From assembly GCA_963781585.1 (NCBI GenBank), contig CAWAGQ010000006.1, positions 288,001 through 352,000 on the forward strand: a stretch of 64,000 nt of DNA, written 5' to 3'. Below are positions 19,308-30,261 of this stretch, piece after piece. This stretch comes from an uncultured Gemmatimonadaceae bacterium. GTDB lineage: Bacteria; Gemmatimonadota; Gemmatimonadetes; Gemmatimonadales; Gemmatimonadaceae. Every line of letters starts with the position of its first letter. Position 1 is the first letter of the stretch. The notes under the pieces were generated by a model. That model had not been told where the DNA came from. It saw only the letters and a list, made by a program, of their open reading frames with translations, and did no database searches. Position numbers and translations under genes: made by a program.

Positions 19308-19409
19308 GTTACCTGGCTATCGGGGTTGCGGGTCGGCTAAAGACAACACGCAATTCGCCTCGAAGCAAGCCGAGGCGCGGGCATCCTTCGCGCCAGCCGG
19401 GCCGCGTTC

Positions 19410-20063
19410 TCAGAGAGCGCCGAGCGCGCGCAGATCGCGGGTCTCCAGCACGCGCCTGGAAGCACCGTCCCGCGCGACACGGATCATCGCGCGCCCTAGC
19501 TCCTCGGTGCTGATCACGGTATTCGGTGCCATCGCCTGCACCAGCGGCAAGAGCGGGCGAAGGACGGCGTAACTGATCCGCGTCCAGCGCGTCTTCGAGA
19601 CTTCGCCGTGCACCGGGCGGAGCGCGCTCAGCCGGATCATGTACGCCGAAGGAAACAAGGCCAGCAACGCGGCTTCGGTGCGCCCCTTCACCTGCGCCCA
19701 CATCGCTTTTCCGCCGGTGCCCGCGCCCGAGACGTACAGGAATGTCATCGACGGGTTGATCCGCGCCAGCGCGTTCGCCCAGCCCATCGTGAGATCAAAG
19801 GTCAGGCGAGTGTAGTCGGCCTCGTTCATGCCAGCCGACGAAACGCCAAGGCAGAAGAAGCAGGCGTCATACCCGTGCAGATCTTCGCCGGTGACGGTGA
19901 AATCGAACAGGTCCCTGCGAACCAGTTCCCGCAACTTCGGGTGCGCCCGGCCGATGGGGCTGCGGCCGATCGCGAGCACACGCTCCACGCCGTCGTCCAC
20001 CAGACATTCGCGCAGGACGGCCTGCCCGACCATGCCGGACGCACCAAAGAGAACTACCTTCAT
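19410..20063 (-). CDS. NAD(P)-binding epimerase/SDR-like protein (TIP30-like)
   Basis: MKVVLFGASGMVG Rossmann motif, DACFFCLG, YVSGAG, WAQVKGRTE. Confidence 0.9.
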   Translation of the reverse strand: MKVVLFGASGMVGQAVLRECLVDDGVERVLAIGRSPIGRAHPKLRELVRRDLFDFTVTGEDLHGYDACFFCLGVSSAGMNEADYTRLTFDLTMGWANALARINPSMTFLYVSGAGTGGKAMWAQVKGRTEAALLALFPSAYMIRLSALRPVHGEVSKTRWTRISYAVLRPLLPLVQAMAPNTVISTEELGRAMIRVARDGASRRVLETRDLRALGAL

Positions 20064-20201
20064 GCCGGTCTCCCTTTGCCGGGACCAGATCACATGTGAG
20101 CGCCCGGTGAGCGCACTCAAACAGATCCGATCCTGCCTCCCGTGAGGACGAACGTGTGGAGAATCCGCGATCGTCCGGGTCACCGCAATAGCTTGTAGAG
20201 C

Positions 20202-20450
20202 GTGATCGGGGGCTCACGTCCTCGCGGGACTTTCCGGTCGGAAGAACGCGTGCGACAGTGGTGCTCGAGTCGAGGTGGGTCGATAGGGCCGATCGTGACG
20301 ATGCCGCAGCTTTGGGGTCTGGCGACGCACTGGTACGCCAGCAGGCTGTCGCCCGACGCCAGACGACCAGGGGCCGCCGAGATGCGTGGCATCTTTGCTT
20401 CGCTCGGGTTGACCGGTCCGTTCTGGGACCCCGAACCACGAAAGTCATAG
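20202..20450 (+). CDS. Small protein resembling the C-terminal part of MerB-like (alkylmercury lyase family) proteins; probable fragment
   Basis: FRSEERV..W...QLWGLATHWYASRL...RR...IFASLGLTGPFW pattern; no N-terminal half upstream. Confidence 0.5.
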   Translation: MIGGSRPRGTFRSEERVRQWCSSRGGSIGPIVTMPQLWGLATHWYASRLSPDARRPGAAEMRGIFASLGLTGPFWDPEPRKS

Positions 20451-20470
20451 CAGTGGTGGCGTCCATTGCG

Positions 20471-20749
20471 ATGAGCGCGCGATACGGAGTTCGCTTTTCC
20501 GCGAAACTGTTCCGATACCCCGGCAAAGGCGGCTGGTATTTTGCGCCAGTGCCGAAGCGGCTGGCGCCGCCTGTCACGCACGCATGGGGGCGCACTCCGG
20601 TCCGGGCGACCGTGGACGGCTACGCGTGGCAGACGAGTGTGTGGCGCGCCAGGGACGGCCGGACCCTGCTCGCCGTGCCCAAGCGCGCCCGTGGCACAAA
20701 AGGACATGGCGACTCCGTGAGGGTCGAGCTGGCGTTCTCGGCGCTCTGA
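20471..20749 (+). CDS. DUF1905 domain-containing protein
   Basis: F.AKLFRYPGKGGWYF, WGRTPVRATVDG..WQTSVW, GD.V.V.L. Confidence 0.85.
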   Translation: MSARYGVRFSAKLFRYPGKGGWYFAPVPKRLAPPVTHAWGRTPVRATVDGYAWQTSVWRARDGRTLLAVPKRARGTKGHGDSVRVELAFSAL

Positions 20750-20822
20750 GGTCGGTGGGGCCGAAGGCGCGATCGTTAGGCACCCAGCCGCGCATGGCCG
20801 TCCGCAGCACGTGCGGCGCCAC

Positions 20823-21818
20823 TCAGTTCCCGGTCACCATCCCCACCATCTTCACCACCTCGAAATCCGACCCGTGCAGCCGCTTGATCGTGTCGATGTT
20901 CGCGTCGTTCCACCGCGGGTCGGGAGCGCCGCTCACGAAGAAACCGCTCCCGTTATCGGCGAGGATCATCCCGTACTTCCTGAGCGCCGTGAGGATCACG
21001 CGCACCTCGGGCGGAAAGCCCGAGAGGTCGACGTTCGCCTTGAGGCGCACACGCATCCCCATCGGCGGCAGGTTCAGATCGGTACGGCTGCTGGCGTAGT
21101 GGCGCGCCGGCGGCAGATACGCGCGCCGCGTCGTGGGGCAGGTGAAGCGGATCGCATGCGTAATCACGCCGGCGGTCACAGCCTCGTCGAACCTGACGAG
21201 TCCGGCGAAGATGGGGAGCCCCGCGGCGTCGGCCGAGGTCCATCCCGCAGGGCGGATGGCGTCCGACGCCAGGTCGAAGACGGCCCCTGAGCCGGCGGTC
21301 CAGCGCGCACCGCCGCTCACCGGATGCGCGTCGAACAGCTCGTATAGCATCCAGTGATCGACGTCCACGACGAGTACGTGGCGGTCGCCGGTGGACCCGG
21401 CCCCGCCCTCGACAGGCGCGTCGGCAGGGATGGGATACGGTCCGGGGTCGCTCTCGTCGGCGTAGTCGAAGGTGACGGGCACGCGCGGCTGCGTGCCGTG
21501 CACGGTGACGAAGGGGATCCCCCATGGCACTCCGTCGTACTCGGTGCCGAAATCGGGGTGCAGGCTCTTCGTCGCGCCGCAGGCGGCGATGAGATTGTCC
21601 GAGTTGGGGTCAACCGCGTCGGCCGAGATGTCGCGATTCCACGGATTGTCGGCAGGGAAGACCGTGCGCGATGGCAGTGCCGGCGGGGTTCCGCCGGTGT
21701 GGTTGGTGGTGTCGGCGGGGCCGGTGGAGTCCGTGCTGGACCTCGCACATGCGGCGAGCGCGATGAGCACGAAACCACGGGCCGCACATTGGGAGGCGGA
21801 GAGGAGCGAGCGACGCAT
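20823..21818 (-). CDS. Conserved hypothetical secreted lipoprotein
   Basis: Lipobox LAAC; FPADNPWN, ESDPGPYPIP, GDRHVLV, WTSADAAGLP, ALRKYGMILADNG. Confidence 0.8.
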   Translation of the reverse strand: MRRSLLSASQCAARGFVLIALAACARSSTDSTGPADTTNHTGGTPPALPSRTVFPADNPWNRDISADAVDPNSDNLIAACGATKSLHPDFGTEYDGVPWGIPFVTVHGTQPRVPVTFDYADESDPGPYPIPADAPVEGGAGSTGDRHVLVVDVDHWMLYELFDAHPVSGGARWTAGSGAVFDLASDAIRPAGWTSADAAGLPIFAGLVRFDEAVTAGVITHAIRFTCPTTRRAYLPPARHYASSRTDLNLPPMGMRVRLKANVDLSGFPPEVRVILTALRKYGMILADNGSGFFVSGAPDPRWNDANIDTIKRLHGSDFEVVKMVGMVTGN

Positions 21819-21991
21819 CGCCGTGAAAGTTAGGCAGCCTCGGCTGCGACGAAGCTGACCGGGCGCACAGCGCCATTGCGGCGCGGATCACCGTCCCGGA
21901 TGATGGCCGGTGAATCAAATGACGGTGCCTCGGCCGCGGCTCCCACTTCACGCTCGCCGATTCGCCGTCGCGGACGCCGCCGCTCTCAGTC

Positions 21992-24250
21992 CTACGACAG
22001 GTTCATCTTCTTCAGCAGCGCGATGAACCGCGGATGCGAGCGCAGCGTGATAAAGAGAAACGACCCCTTGATGCCGTACACGGCGCCCGCTTGCTCCTCG
22101 AACGCACGCTCCAGCAGGTCGATGGCCCGCTCCCGGTCCCCCAGACCGGTGTGCACGTAGGCCATGTGGTACGGTGACACATATCTCTGGGCGGCCATGG
22201 ACTCCAGTCGCTGGAGCACGTCGCGGCTCTTCGCCGTCTGGCCCGCCATCCCGTACGCCTGCCCCAGCTGCGCAAGAAAGAGCGTGTTATCCGGCGAGAG
22301 CATCGCGGCGCGTTCGAGCTCGGCGATGCCGCGCTCGTGCATCCCCTGGAGAAACAAGGCCCACGCGAGCGTGGCCCTCGCCCGCGCGTTCTGCGGGTCG
22401 AGGTGGACGACCTGTTCGATATTCGCCACCGCGTCTTCGTACCGACCGGCACGGATCAGCGTCGTGGCGAGATCCACCCGATGCGCCAGGGGGTCCAGCT
22501 GCTGGGCTCTCCGGAGCACGTCCAGCGCCTCGTCGAAACGTCCGGTGGCATTGAGCAGCCGGCCATAGTAGTCGTGGGCATCGGCGCTCCCGGGATTCAG
22601 GTCGAGGGCACGCCTGAATTCCCCCTCGGCGCCGCTCCAGTCGAAATCGCCGACCACGTGGAGATAGCCGAGCGCGGCGTGGGCTTCGCCCAGTTCGTCA
22701 TCCAGGGAGAGCGCCGCCGTCAACGCGGTACGGGAGGCTGCGTAGCTTTCCGCGGGGTCCGCCGCGCCGCCCTCGGCGAGCTCGTTATGCGCGATGGCGA
22801 TGCTGGTGTATGCGAGGGCGTAGTCCGGATCGAGCGCGATGGCCTGCCGGAAGTACTCGATGCTCTTGCGCAGACCCTCGTGGGTGTACCGGATCAGCCA
22901 GTGCCGCCCCTGCAGGTACAGCTGATAGGCCGGGAGATTGGTGGTGGGCTCACGGCCGATGCGGTTTCGTTCGTCCGCGGACAGCCCGGCGCGCAGGGAT
23001 CGCGCGATGTGCAGTGCCACGTCGGTCTGGATCGCGAAGATATCCGTAAGCTCCCGATCATAGGTCTCGGACCAGATGTGCTGCTCGGTTCCCGGGTCGA
23101 TCAGGTGCGCGACGATTCGCACGCGGGCGCCGGCTCGCCGCACGCTGCCGTCGAGCACCGTGCCGACGCCGAGCCGGGCGGCAATCTCGCGAAGGCCGTG
23201 TTCCCGCTTCTTGAACGGCATGACCGATGTCCGCGAGATCACCTCGATCGCGCGGACCTTCGAGAGGTGCGTGATCACGTCCTCGGTAATGCCGTCGGCG
23301 AAGTACTCGTTCTCGGGGTCGGCGCTCAGATTCAGGAACGGCAGGACGGCCACCGAGTGGGCACGCACCCGACCAGCGTCCGGCGCCGACAGTGCCTCGG
23401 CGAAAGAAATGGTGGACGCGTATCGATCCGCCGGCACGCGGGCCAGCGCCCTGGTGATGGCCCGCTCGACGGCCGCGGGCACCTCGGGGCGGAGGCGGCG
23501 CACCGACGGCACGGGGTCCGTCAGGCGCTTCGTCATTACCGCGAGTGTCGTGGGCCCGGTGAACGGAGGCTCGCCCGCCAGCATCTCGTACAGCACGCAG
23601 GCAAGCGCGTACACGTCGCTGCGCGCGTCGACCGCCGGGTCACCGGCGGCCTGCTCGGGACTCATGTAGGCCGCGGTGCCGACCACCATGCCGGCGCCGG
23701 TCAGGTTCTGGTCGGTCGTCGACAGCGCCCGCGCGATGCCGAAGTCGGCGACCATCGCTTCCCCTTCGTGGATCAGGATGTTCTCCGGCTTCACATCGCG
23801 ATGCACGAGCTGCCGGGCGTGCGCATGATCGAGCGCCGACGCGACCTGCCTGGTGATGCGAAGCGCCTCGTCGACCGGCAGCTGGGTCTCACGTTCGAGT
23901 CGGGCGCGCAGGGACTCGCCACGCACGTACGGCATGACGTAGAAGAGCAGGGGCCCCTCTCCCGCGCCCTTCGTCGTCCCCACAAGGCTCACGTCGATTT
24001 CGCCCGAATCGTACAGGGGGAGGATGTGCGGGTGATTGAGGCTGGCCGCGATCTGAATTTCGCGGTGAAAGCGCTCCGCCCCCAGGGCGGACGCGATCTC
24101 GGGCTTGAGGACTTTCAGCGCGACCTGACGGTTGTGCTTCAGGTCATGCGCCAGGTACACCGTCGCCATTCCGCCGCTGGCGACCTCGCGCTCGATCGCG
24201 TAGCGCTCGGCGATCGCGCGCGTGAAGGGATGCGATGGGGCGGACGACAT
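21992..24250 (-). CDS. Ser/Thr protein kinase with TolB-N-like and TPR domains
   Basis: GGMATVYLA, VALKVL, HRDVKPENIL, DFGIA, GTAAYMSPEQ; SVAVLPFLNLS...EYFADGITED; TPR repeats. Confidence 0.95.
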   Translation of the reverse strand: MSSAPSHPFTRAIAERYAIEREVASGGMATVYLAHDLKHNRQVALKVLKPEIASALGAERFHREIQIAASLNHPHILPLYDSGEIDVSLVGTTKGAGEGPLLFYVMPYVRGESLRARLERETQLPVDEALRITRQVASALDHAHARQLVHRDVKPENILIHEGEAMVADFGIARALSTTDQNLTGAGMVVGTAAYMSPEQAAGDPAVDARSDVYALACVLYEMLAGEPPFTGPTTLAVMTKRLTDPVPSVRRLRPEVPAAVERAITRALARVPADRYASTISFAEALSAPDAGRVRAHSVAVLPFLNLSADPENEYFADGITEDVITHLSKVRAIEVISRTSVMPFKKREHGLREIAARLGVGTVLDGSVRRAGARVRIVAHLIDPGTEQHIWSETYDRELTDIFAIQTDVALHIARSLRAGLSADERNRIGREPTTNLPAYQLYLQGRHWLIRYTHEGLRKSIEYFRQAIALDPDYALAYTSIAIAHNELAEGGAADPAESYAASRTALTAALSLDDELGEAHAALGYLHVVGDFDWSGAEGEFRRALDLNPGSADAHDYYGRLLNATGRFDEALDVLRRAQQLDPLAHRVDLATTLIRAGRYEDAVANIEQVVHLDPQNARARATLAWALFLQGMHERGIAELERAAMLSPDNTLFLAQLGQAYGMAGQTAKSRDVLQRLESMAAQRYVSPYHMAYVHTGLGDRERAIDLLERAFEEQAGAVYGIKGSFLFITLRSHPRFIALLKKMNLS

Positions 24251-24378
24251 TGTGCGAATAGTGTTCGACGACCCTGGGGGTCGGGAAGAGCTGAACGAGG
24301 CGAACACGACGTCGTGCGGAAGCGGCTTGTCCGTGACGCAGGGCCCGGTCTTCCATCCCGCGACCTGCTGACCGCCGC

Positions 24379-27057
24379 TCAGTAACCGTGTCGGGTGTCG
24401 AAGTTCTTGACCATCCACACGTCCGTCTGCCGGCTGTCGACGATGCCAACCGCGCGGCGGCCATCGTGTGTGATGTTGAAGTCGCTGAACGACAGCGGAA
24501 GTTCCTCGAACTCCGTCTTGCCGGTGGCCGGATCCACGTAGCCCAGGCGCATCCTGGTCCCGGCCACGAAACCCGGCTGGTCGCTGTACACCAGGCGCCC
24601 GTCGGTCTGCGCCTGCAGCAGACCGGACCAGGTGGTGGGCAGTTTCAAGTCGCCCAGCGGCACGATGCCGCCCCCGATCGGATCGAACCGGAGCAGCCGC
24701 TCGGTCAGGGAGCCGGCGCGCAGGGCCCGGGCCAGCACGAAGACGTCGTCGTTGACGGGCGACGCCACCTCGACGTCGGGGAAGCCTAACGAGTCCGGCC
24801 AGGGGTGGGAGGCAATGAGGGCGCCATCCCTGCCGTATCGGTTGAAGACCGAAGCGACCGGATTGGAGGGCGCCGGAAGTTCGATCAGTCGCCCGCCATC
24901 CCGGAGCCCTGCGAGGTAGCCGAGCCTGGCCGGAAGGGGCTGCGGAGTGCCGCCGGCCGAGGGGAGGAGGGCGTTGTGCACCGAGTCGTGCTCGTCCTTG
25001 AATGAGACCTTCAGCACGCCGTCGATGTAGCGCGGATAGGTGGGGCCGGTGAGGCTCGTCAGCGGCGGTCCCACGGAGTGGGGATCACCTCCCTCGAACG
25101 GCGCCACCCACACCCGGGCACTCGCGCCGGACGGCTCGAACACCCCGTAGGCGATCTCCTTGCCGTCATCGGAGACGTCCGCTCCCGTCAGCCCCGCGGT
25201 CGAGGTGAGAATCTGTCTCGTCTTCCAGGGGCCGCGCGGTCCGGCGCGCTCCAGCGTCCACAGCTCGCGCGTGACCGGGCCGCCCGAATAGACGACGGTC
25301 TTCCCGTCGGCGGAGACGTCGAACCCCGCGCCCGGTGGTGCGCGCAGCGCGGTGAGCACCGTATCCCCTTCGCCGACGAAGCGCCCTTTCGACGGGTCCA
25401 CGTCGCGACGCACGAGGAACGCGCGGATCCCGGGTCCCTCGGCCAGGAAATACAGCCCGTCCGACTTCGGCGTCCACCGTACCTGGCCTGTATATCGGAA
25501 GGTCGCGATGCGCGGTTCGCTCAGATGGTCCACGACTTTCAGGTCGCGCGAGAGAAGTGCGATCCGGGCACCGGCTGGTGCTACCTCGGTCACCACCGCG
25601 AGCCATCGTCCGTCAGGCGACCAGCGCGCGTCCACCGCCATCATGCCCGGCAGCTTGAGGCTGTCCACGACCTCGCCGGTAGACCGCTTGAGCACCGAGA
25701 CGCGCGCGAACGAATCACTCGAGATGGCGATATCGGGCGCGATGACGCGCGCGCTGTCGGCCGTGACCGCGTAGGTCCAGAAGCCACCGATCCGTTCGAC
25801 CGCGCCCCCGAGTCGCGGCACCGAGAACAGCGAGGTGACGGAGCCCTGACCGGCCGTGTAGTAGATGCGGGTGCCGTCGGTGCTCCACCGCGACTGAATC
25901 ACCGCATCGAGGTTCGACGCCACGGTGGTGGGCCGGCTGCCGCTGGCGAGATCCTGCACGATCAGGCTCTGGGTGCACTTCTTCGGCTCGCCCGCGCACT
26001 GCTCGGTGACGTAGGCCAGGAAGTTGCCGTCGGGCGAAAGCGATGGCGCCCAGCTTCCGCCGGTCGATGTCAGTTGCGTCGTCTGGGCCGGTGGTGGCGG
26101 TGGCGGCGGCGTGCGCCCTCGCAACAGCAGGAAGAGGACGATCCCAAGGACGACCGCGATGCCACCGCCGACGGCGAGGATGGGGCGTCGATCGCGGCCC
26201 GATGCGCCGGGGGGAGTGGCGGTGAACGCCGCTGTGACCGCCGCGGCGAATTCCGCGGCACTCCCGAACCGGTCGGCCGGAACCTTGGCGAGCGCCTTCG
26301 CCACCGCGGTGTCCACGCCCTCCGGCACGGTGTCGCGCACGGTGCGAACCCGCGTGGGCTTCTCCGTCAGCAGCTTCGCGATCACCGCCTGCGCCGTGGC
26401 GCCGGAATAGGGCGCCTCGCCGGTGAGCATCTCGTAGAGCACCGCCCCCAGGGAGTAGACGTCCGAGCGCGCGTCGGGCTGGCGCTCCCCGGTGGCCTGC
26501 TCGGGGCTCATGTACTGCGGCGTGCCTAACGAGAGTCCCGTTTCGGTGAGCCGGTTGCCGCCCGCTTCCTTCACCGCCAGGGCGATTCCGAAGTCGGCCA
26601 GCATCGCCTCACCCTCGAACAGCAGGATGTTCTCGGGCTTGATGTCGCGATGGATGACGCCCTGACGATGGGCGTACTCCAGCGCGCCCGCGACCTGCTG
26701 GGTGATCCGGAGGGCTTCGTCGAGCCCCAGCTGCTTCTCCCTCTGCAGTCGCACGCGCAGGGATTCGCCGCGGATGTACGGCAGGACATACCACAGCAGC
26801 CCCTCAGTGGAACCGGAGTCGATCAGGGTGAGGATGTGCGGATGGTCCAGCCGCGCCGTGATGCGGATCTCGTTCAGGAATCGCTCACCACCAAGCACCG
26901 CGCTCAGGTCCGGGCGGAGGACCTTGAGCGCCACCTCGCGGTCGTGGCGCACATCGCGCGCGAGATACACGGTCGCCATGCCGCCGGCCCCGAGCTCGCG
27001 CTCGATGCGGTATCGGCCGGCGAGAGCGGCGGTGAGCTGTTCGAGCGAGTTGGACAT
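24379..27057 (-). CDS. Ser/Thr protein kinase, membrane-anchored, with C-terminal PD40/TolB-like propeller
   Basis: GAGGMATVY, HRDIKPEN, DFGIA, GTPQYMSPEQ; TM helix; SPDG/WSTDG repeats. Confidence 0.95.
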   Translation of the reverse strand: MSNSLEQLTAALAGRYRIERELGAGGMATVYLARDVRHDREVALKVLRPDLSAVLGGERFLNEIRITARLDHPHILTLIDSGSTEGLLWYVLPYIRGESLRVRLQREKQLGLDEALRITQQVAGALEYAHRQGVIHRDIKPENILLFEGEAMLADFGIALAVKEAGGNRLTETGLSLGTPQYMSPEQATGERQPDARSDVYSLGAVLYEMLTGEAPYSGATAQAVIAKLLTEKPTRVRTVRDTVPEGVDTAVAKALAKVPADRFGSAAEFAAAVTAAFTATPPGASGRDRRPILAVGGGIAVVLGIVLFLLLRGRTPPPPPPPAQTTQLTSTGGSWAPSLSPDGNFLAYVTEQCAGEPKKCTQSLIVQDLASGSRPTTVASNLDAVIQSRWSTDGTRIYYTAGQGSVTSLFSVPRLGGAVERIGGFWTYAVTADSARVIAPDIAISSDSFARVSVLKRSTGEVVDSLKLPGMMAVDARWSPDGRWLAVVTEVAPAGARIALLSRDLKVVDHLSEPRIATFRYTGQVRWTPKSDGLYFLAEGPGIRAFLVRRDVDPSKGRFVGEGDTVLTALRAPPGAGFDVSADGKTVVYSGGPVTRELWTLERAGPRGPWKTRQILTSTAGLTGADVSDDGKEIAYGVFEPSGASARVWVAPFEGGDPHSVGPPLTSLTGPTYPRYIDGVLKVSFKDEHDSVHNALLPSAGGTPQPLPARLGYLAGLRDGGRLIELPAPSNPVASVFNRYGRDGALIASHPWPDSLGFPDVEVASPVNDDVFVLARALRAGSLTERLLRFDPIGGGIVPLGDLKLPTTWSGLLQAQTDGRLVYSDQPGFVAGTRMRLGYVDPATGKTEFEELPLSFSDFNITHDGRRAVGIVDSRQTDVWMVKNFDTRHGY

Positions 27058-27309
27058 TGGCTGGGCGGGCGGTTGCCGGTGGGGTCGCGCGGGCTGCGGA
27101 CCCGTAGACCGGCCCCGTGAATCTACGACGAATCGACGTACCGGGCACGTGCGTGAGGACGCTCTGGGGACCGTGCCCGCAGGCGTGCCGGGACCGGGAT
27201 GCGCCGAGGATTCCCGCGAACCGGGCGGCCGCTCCATTATGGTAGGTGCAGCGCGCCACATTGCATGCAGCGGTCTCAGGCCCGCGAACCTACTCCATCG
27301 CCGACTCTC

Positions 27310-27825
27310 ATGGTTTCACGATTCGATGGTCGCTACGCCAGGGAGTTCCTCGCTGGCTGGGGCGACATGGACTTCAACGGCCATCTGGCGAATACCGCCT
27401 ATCTCAACCTCGCCGCCGACGCGCGCCTGGCGTTCTTCGCTGAACACGGCTTTCCGCCGACCGAGTTCCGCCGGCTCGGACTCGGACCGGTCATTCGCAA
27501 GGAGGAGCTCGAATACTTCCGCGAGATCGGTCTCCACGACGCGGTCACCGTCACGTACGCGGTCCTCGGGATGAGTCCTGACGGCGCGCGATTCGTGGTC
27601 GAGAACGAGATCTGGTCCGCAGCCGGCGAGCGCGCCGCCACGGTGAAGTCGACCGGCGGCTGGCTCGACCTGCGCGCGCGGAAGCTCGTTGCTCCCCCCG
27701 CGGCCTTACTCGCGGCCTTTCAGCTGGTGCCGCGCGCGCCGGGCTTTGTCGAGTTGCCTTCTCGCAACGGTGGCACGGAGTCAGCGCCAGCGGGCCCCGC
27801 GCGGCGCGACGTCGGCCCGGTCTGA
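27310..27825 (+). CDS. Acyl-CoA thioesterase (4HBT/FcbC hotdog fold)
   Basis: WGDMDFNGHLANTAYL, GPVIRKEELEYFRE, GGWLDLRARK. Confidence 0.9.
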   Translation: MVSRFDGRYAREFLAGWGDMDFNGHLANTAYLNLAADARLAFFAEHGFPPTEFRRLGLGPVIRKEELEYFREIGLHDAVTVTYAVLGMSPDGARFVVENEIWSAAGERAATVKSTGGWLDLRARKLVAPPAALLAAFQLVPRAPGFVELPSRNGGTESAPAGPARRDVGPV

Positions 27826-27849
27826 CGCAAACCCTCTCTGAGCGAGCGA

Positions 27850-30261
27850 ATGGCTGCGCACACTTTCACCCGGGCCCTTCGGATGGCGCGACGGCGCCCC
27901 GTCCTGTCGCTCACCGTCGTCGCCATCATCGCGATCGGCATCGGCTCCACCAGCGCGGTGTTCAGCGTCGTGGACGCGTCGCTGCTGCGCCCGCCTCCCT
28001 ATAGGGACGCCCCGCACCTGGTCGAACTCTGGAATCGCGATGCCGACGGGAGCGCCTGGCCGCGACTCGAGCCCGAGCGCGCGCAGGCGTGGCTGAACAA
28101 GACCGACCTGCTCACACGGGTCGAACGCTACACGGACCGCACGATGCTGCTGGCAGGCGTCGCCGATCCCGAGGACCTCCGCGTGACCACGGTGTCAGCC
28201 GGCCTGTTCGACATGCTCGGCGTGAGCATGACGCGCGGACGCGGCTTTGCGCCTGACGAGTACGCCACCGGGGCGGCACCGGTCGTGGTGGTGAGCGACG
28301 CGTTCTGGAGACGCCATTTCGGTGGGGAGCCGATGGCGAAGGCCGAGACCATTCTGCTCGACGATCAACGATACGACGTGATCGGCGTGACCCCGGCGTG
28401 GTTTCGCTTCCCGCACGGAAACGGGTCGGTGTGGCGGCCGCTGCGCCCGGAGGAATCCGGAGCCGACGCTCCGCTCAATTACGTGGCGCGCCTCGCGGAT
28501 GACGTGACCCGTGCGAACGCGACCGCGCGTTTCGACGTCTATGGAAAGCAGCTCGCGCAGGCGGTCCCCCGGAAGGATGGGTGGCAGGTGTATCCGGCAT
28601 TTCTGATCGAGCCCGATATCAGCCAGGAACTGCGCACCGCCATCTGGGTGCTGCTGGGCGCGGTGGCGTGCGTCATGCTGATGGTGTGCCTCAACGCGAC
28701 GAATCTCCTGCTGGTGCAGGCCACCACGCGCCAGCGCGAGTTCGGCATCCAGCAAGCGCTCGGTGCGACGCCCGGACGGCTCGCGCGACAGGTTTTCGTC
28801 GAGGGCGCACTGTACGCCGGAGTTGCAGCCGTCCTGGGTGTTGCGGTCGCGCGGTGGTCGCTCGAGCTGATGCTCACCCTGGCCCCGCGCGAGCTGGCAC
28901 GATTCGGCAACGGCGCGCCTGCGATCGACGCGCGAGCGCTGGCCTTCGCGGTCGGCCTGGCGTCGATCACGGCGCTGGTCTCGACCATGGGGCCGGCGCT
29001 GCACGCCGCGCGCGCGCGGGGCCACCTGGTGACGGCGGGCGAGGACCGGACGCAGACCGGCGGCCGTCGGCTCCAGCATCTGCGCGCAGGACTCATCGTC
29101 GCGGAGTTGTCGCTGTCGCTCGTCCTCCTTGCCGGGGCTGGACTGTTCATTCAGTCGCTGCGACACCTGCTGCGCGTCGATCCCGGGTTCGACGTCGAGC
29201 ACGTGGTGGCGGCGCAGTTCGGCGTGCCGTCGATTCGCTATGCCACCGCCGACGCCCGCGCGGGCCTGCTCGATCGCCTGGCGGAATCGCTGCGGGGCGT
29301 GCCCGGCGTCGCAGGGGTGTCGTTCTCGAGCGGCCTTCCGCCGAGGGCTGACATCACGTTTGGATCGAGGCTCGAGGCCGAGGGCGCCGTAGCGCCGGCG
29401 CGTACCGGTGACATCGTGCTTCCCTTCGCCGAGGTCGATACGGCCTTCTTCTCGACATTGGGCGTGCGGTTGCTGCGAGGGAGGGGATTCGACGAGGCCG
29501 ATGTGTCGGCAGATGCGTCGCGATCGGTCGTGGTCGGCCGCGCGTTCGCGGACCTGCTGTGGCCTGGAGAGGATCCGATCGGCCGTCGCTATCGCATTTC
29601 GGCCGACGGCGCATGGCGTACGGTGGTCGGCGTCGTGGCGAACGTGAAGCTGATGGGCCCCGATGACCGCAGCTATCCGTACGCGGTGTTCTATCCACGG
29701 CCGCGACTTGGCCGCGCCACCCGCACCGTCGCGCTGGCGGTGCGCACCGCGGGTGACCCGGGCGCGAGCATTTCCGCGATGCGGCGGGCCATTCGCGAGG
29801 TCGACAGCGAGATCCCGATCTCGGAGATGGCTTCGGGCACCGAGCGATTCGCCACGTCGATGGATCGCACGCGATTCGTGCTGACGCTGCTCACGGTGTT
29901 CGCGAGCATCGCGCTCGCGCTCGCGGTGGCCGGCACGTATGGCGTCGTGTCCTATGCCGTTGCCCAGCGCACGCGTGAAATCGGGATCCGGATCGCGCTC
30001 GGCGCGAGCGAGCCGTCGATCCAGCGCGCGGTGCTCGCGCAGGGGTCGGCGCTTGCGCTGACCGGGGTGGCGGCGGGACTGCTTATCTTTGCCGGGGCGA
30101 GTCGGTTCATCGCTCCGCAGCTGTTCGGCATCGCCCCACGGGACCCGGGGGTGCTGTGGGTCGCGTCGCTGTTTGTGATACTCACCACGCTGGCGGGCGT
30201 GTTGGTGCCGGCGCGCCGGGCCAGTCGCGTGAGTCCCGTGATCGCGATGCTGCCGGAGTGA
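27850..30261 (+). CDS. ADOP/MacB-FtsX duplicated ABC permease
   Basis: IGIGSTSAVFSVV, RQREFGIQQALGA, VDPGFD, AQRTREIGIRIALGA, PARRASRVSP. Confidence 0.93.
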   Translation: MAAHTFTRALRMARRRPVLSLTVVAIIAIGIGSTSAVFSVVDASLLRPPPYRDAPHLVELWNRDADGSAWPRLEPERAQAWLNKTDLLTRVERYTDRTMLLAGVADPEDLRVTTVSAGLFDMLGVSMTRGRGFAPDEYATGAAPVVVVSDAFWRRHFGGEPMAKAETILLDDQRYDVIGVTPAWFRFPHGNGSVWRPLRPEESGADAPLNYVARLADDVTRANATARFDVYGKQLAQAVPRKDGWQVYPAFLIEPDISQELRTAIWVLLGAVACVMLMVCLNATNLLLVQATTRQREFGIQQALGATPGRLARQVFVEGALYAGVAAVLGVAVARWSLELMLTLAPRELARFGNGAPAIDARALAFAVGLASITALVSTMGPALHAARARGHLVTAGEDRTQTGGRRLQHLRAGLIVAELSLSLVLLAGAGLFIQSLRHLLRVDPGFDVEHVVAAQFGVPSIRYATADARAGLLDRLAESLRGVPGVAGVSFSSGLPPRADITFGSRLEAEGAVAPARTGDIVLPFAEVDTAFFSTLGVRLLRGRGFDEADVSADASRSVVVGRAFADLLWPGEDPIGRRYRISADGAWRTVVGVVANVKLMGPDDRSYPYAVFYPRPRLGRATRTVALAVRTAGDPGASISAMRRAIREVDSEIPISEMASGTERFATSMDRTRFVLTLLTVFASIALALAVAGTYGVVSYAVAQRTREIGIRIALGASEPSIQRAVLAQGSALALTGVAAGLLIFAGASRFIAPQLFGIAPRDPGVLWVASLFVILTTLAGVLVPARRASRVSPVIAMLPE

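Noticed and set aside
20180..20450. Selenocysteine read-through producing a full MerB-like protein
   Set aside because: There is no upstream N-terminal half and the in-frame upstream stop is not a suitably placed TGA, so it is treated as a fragment.
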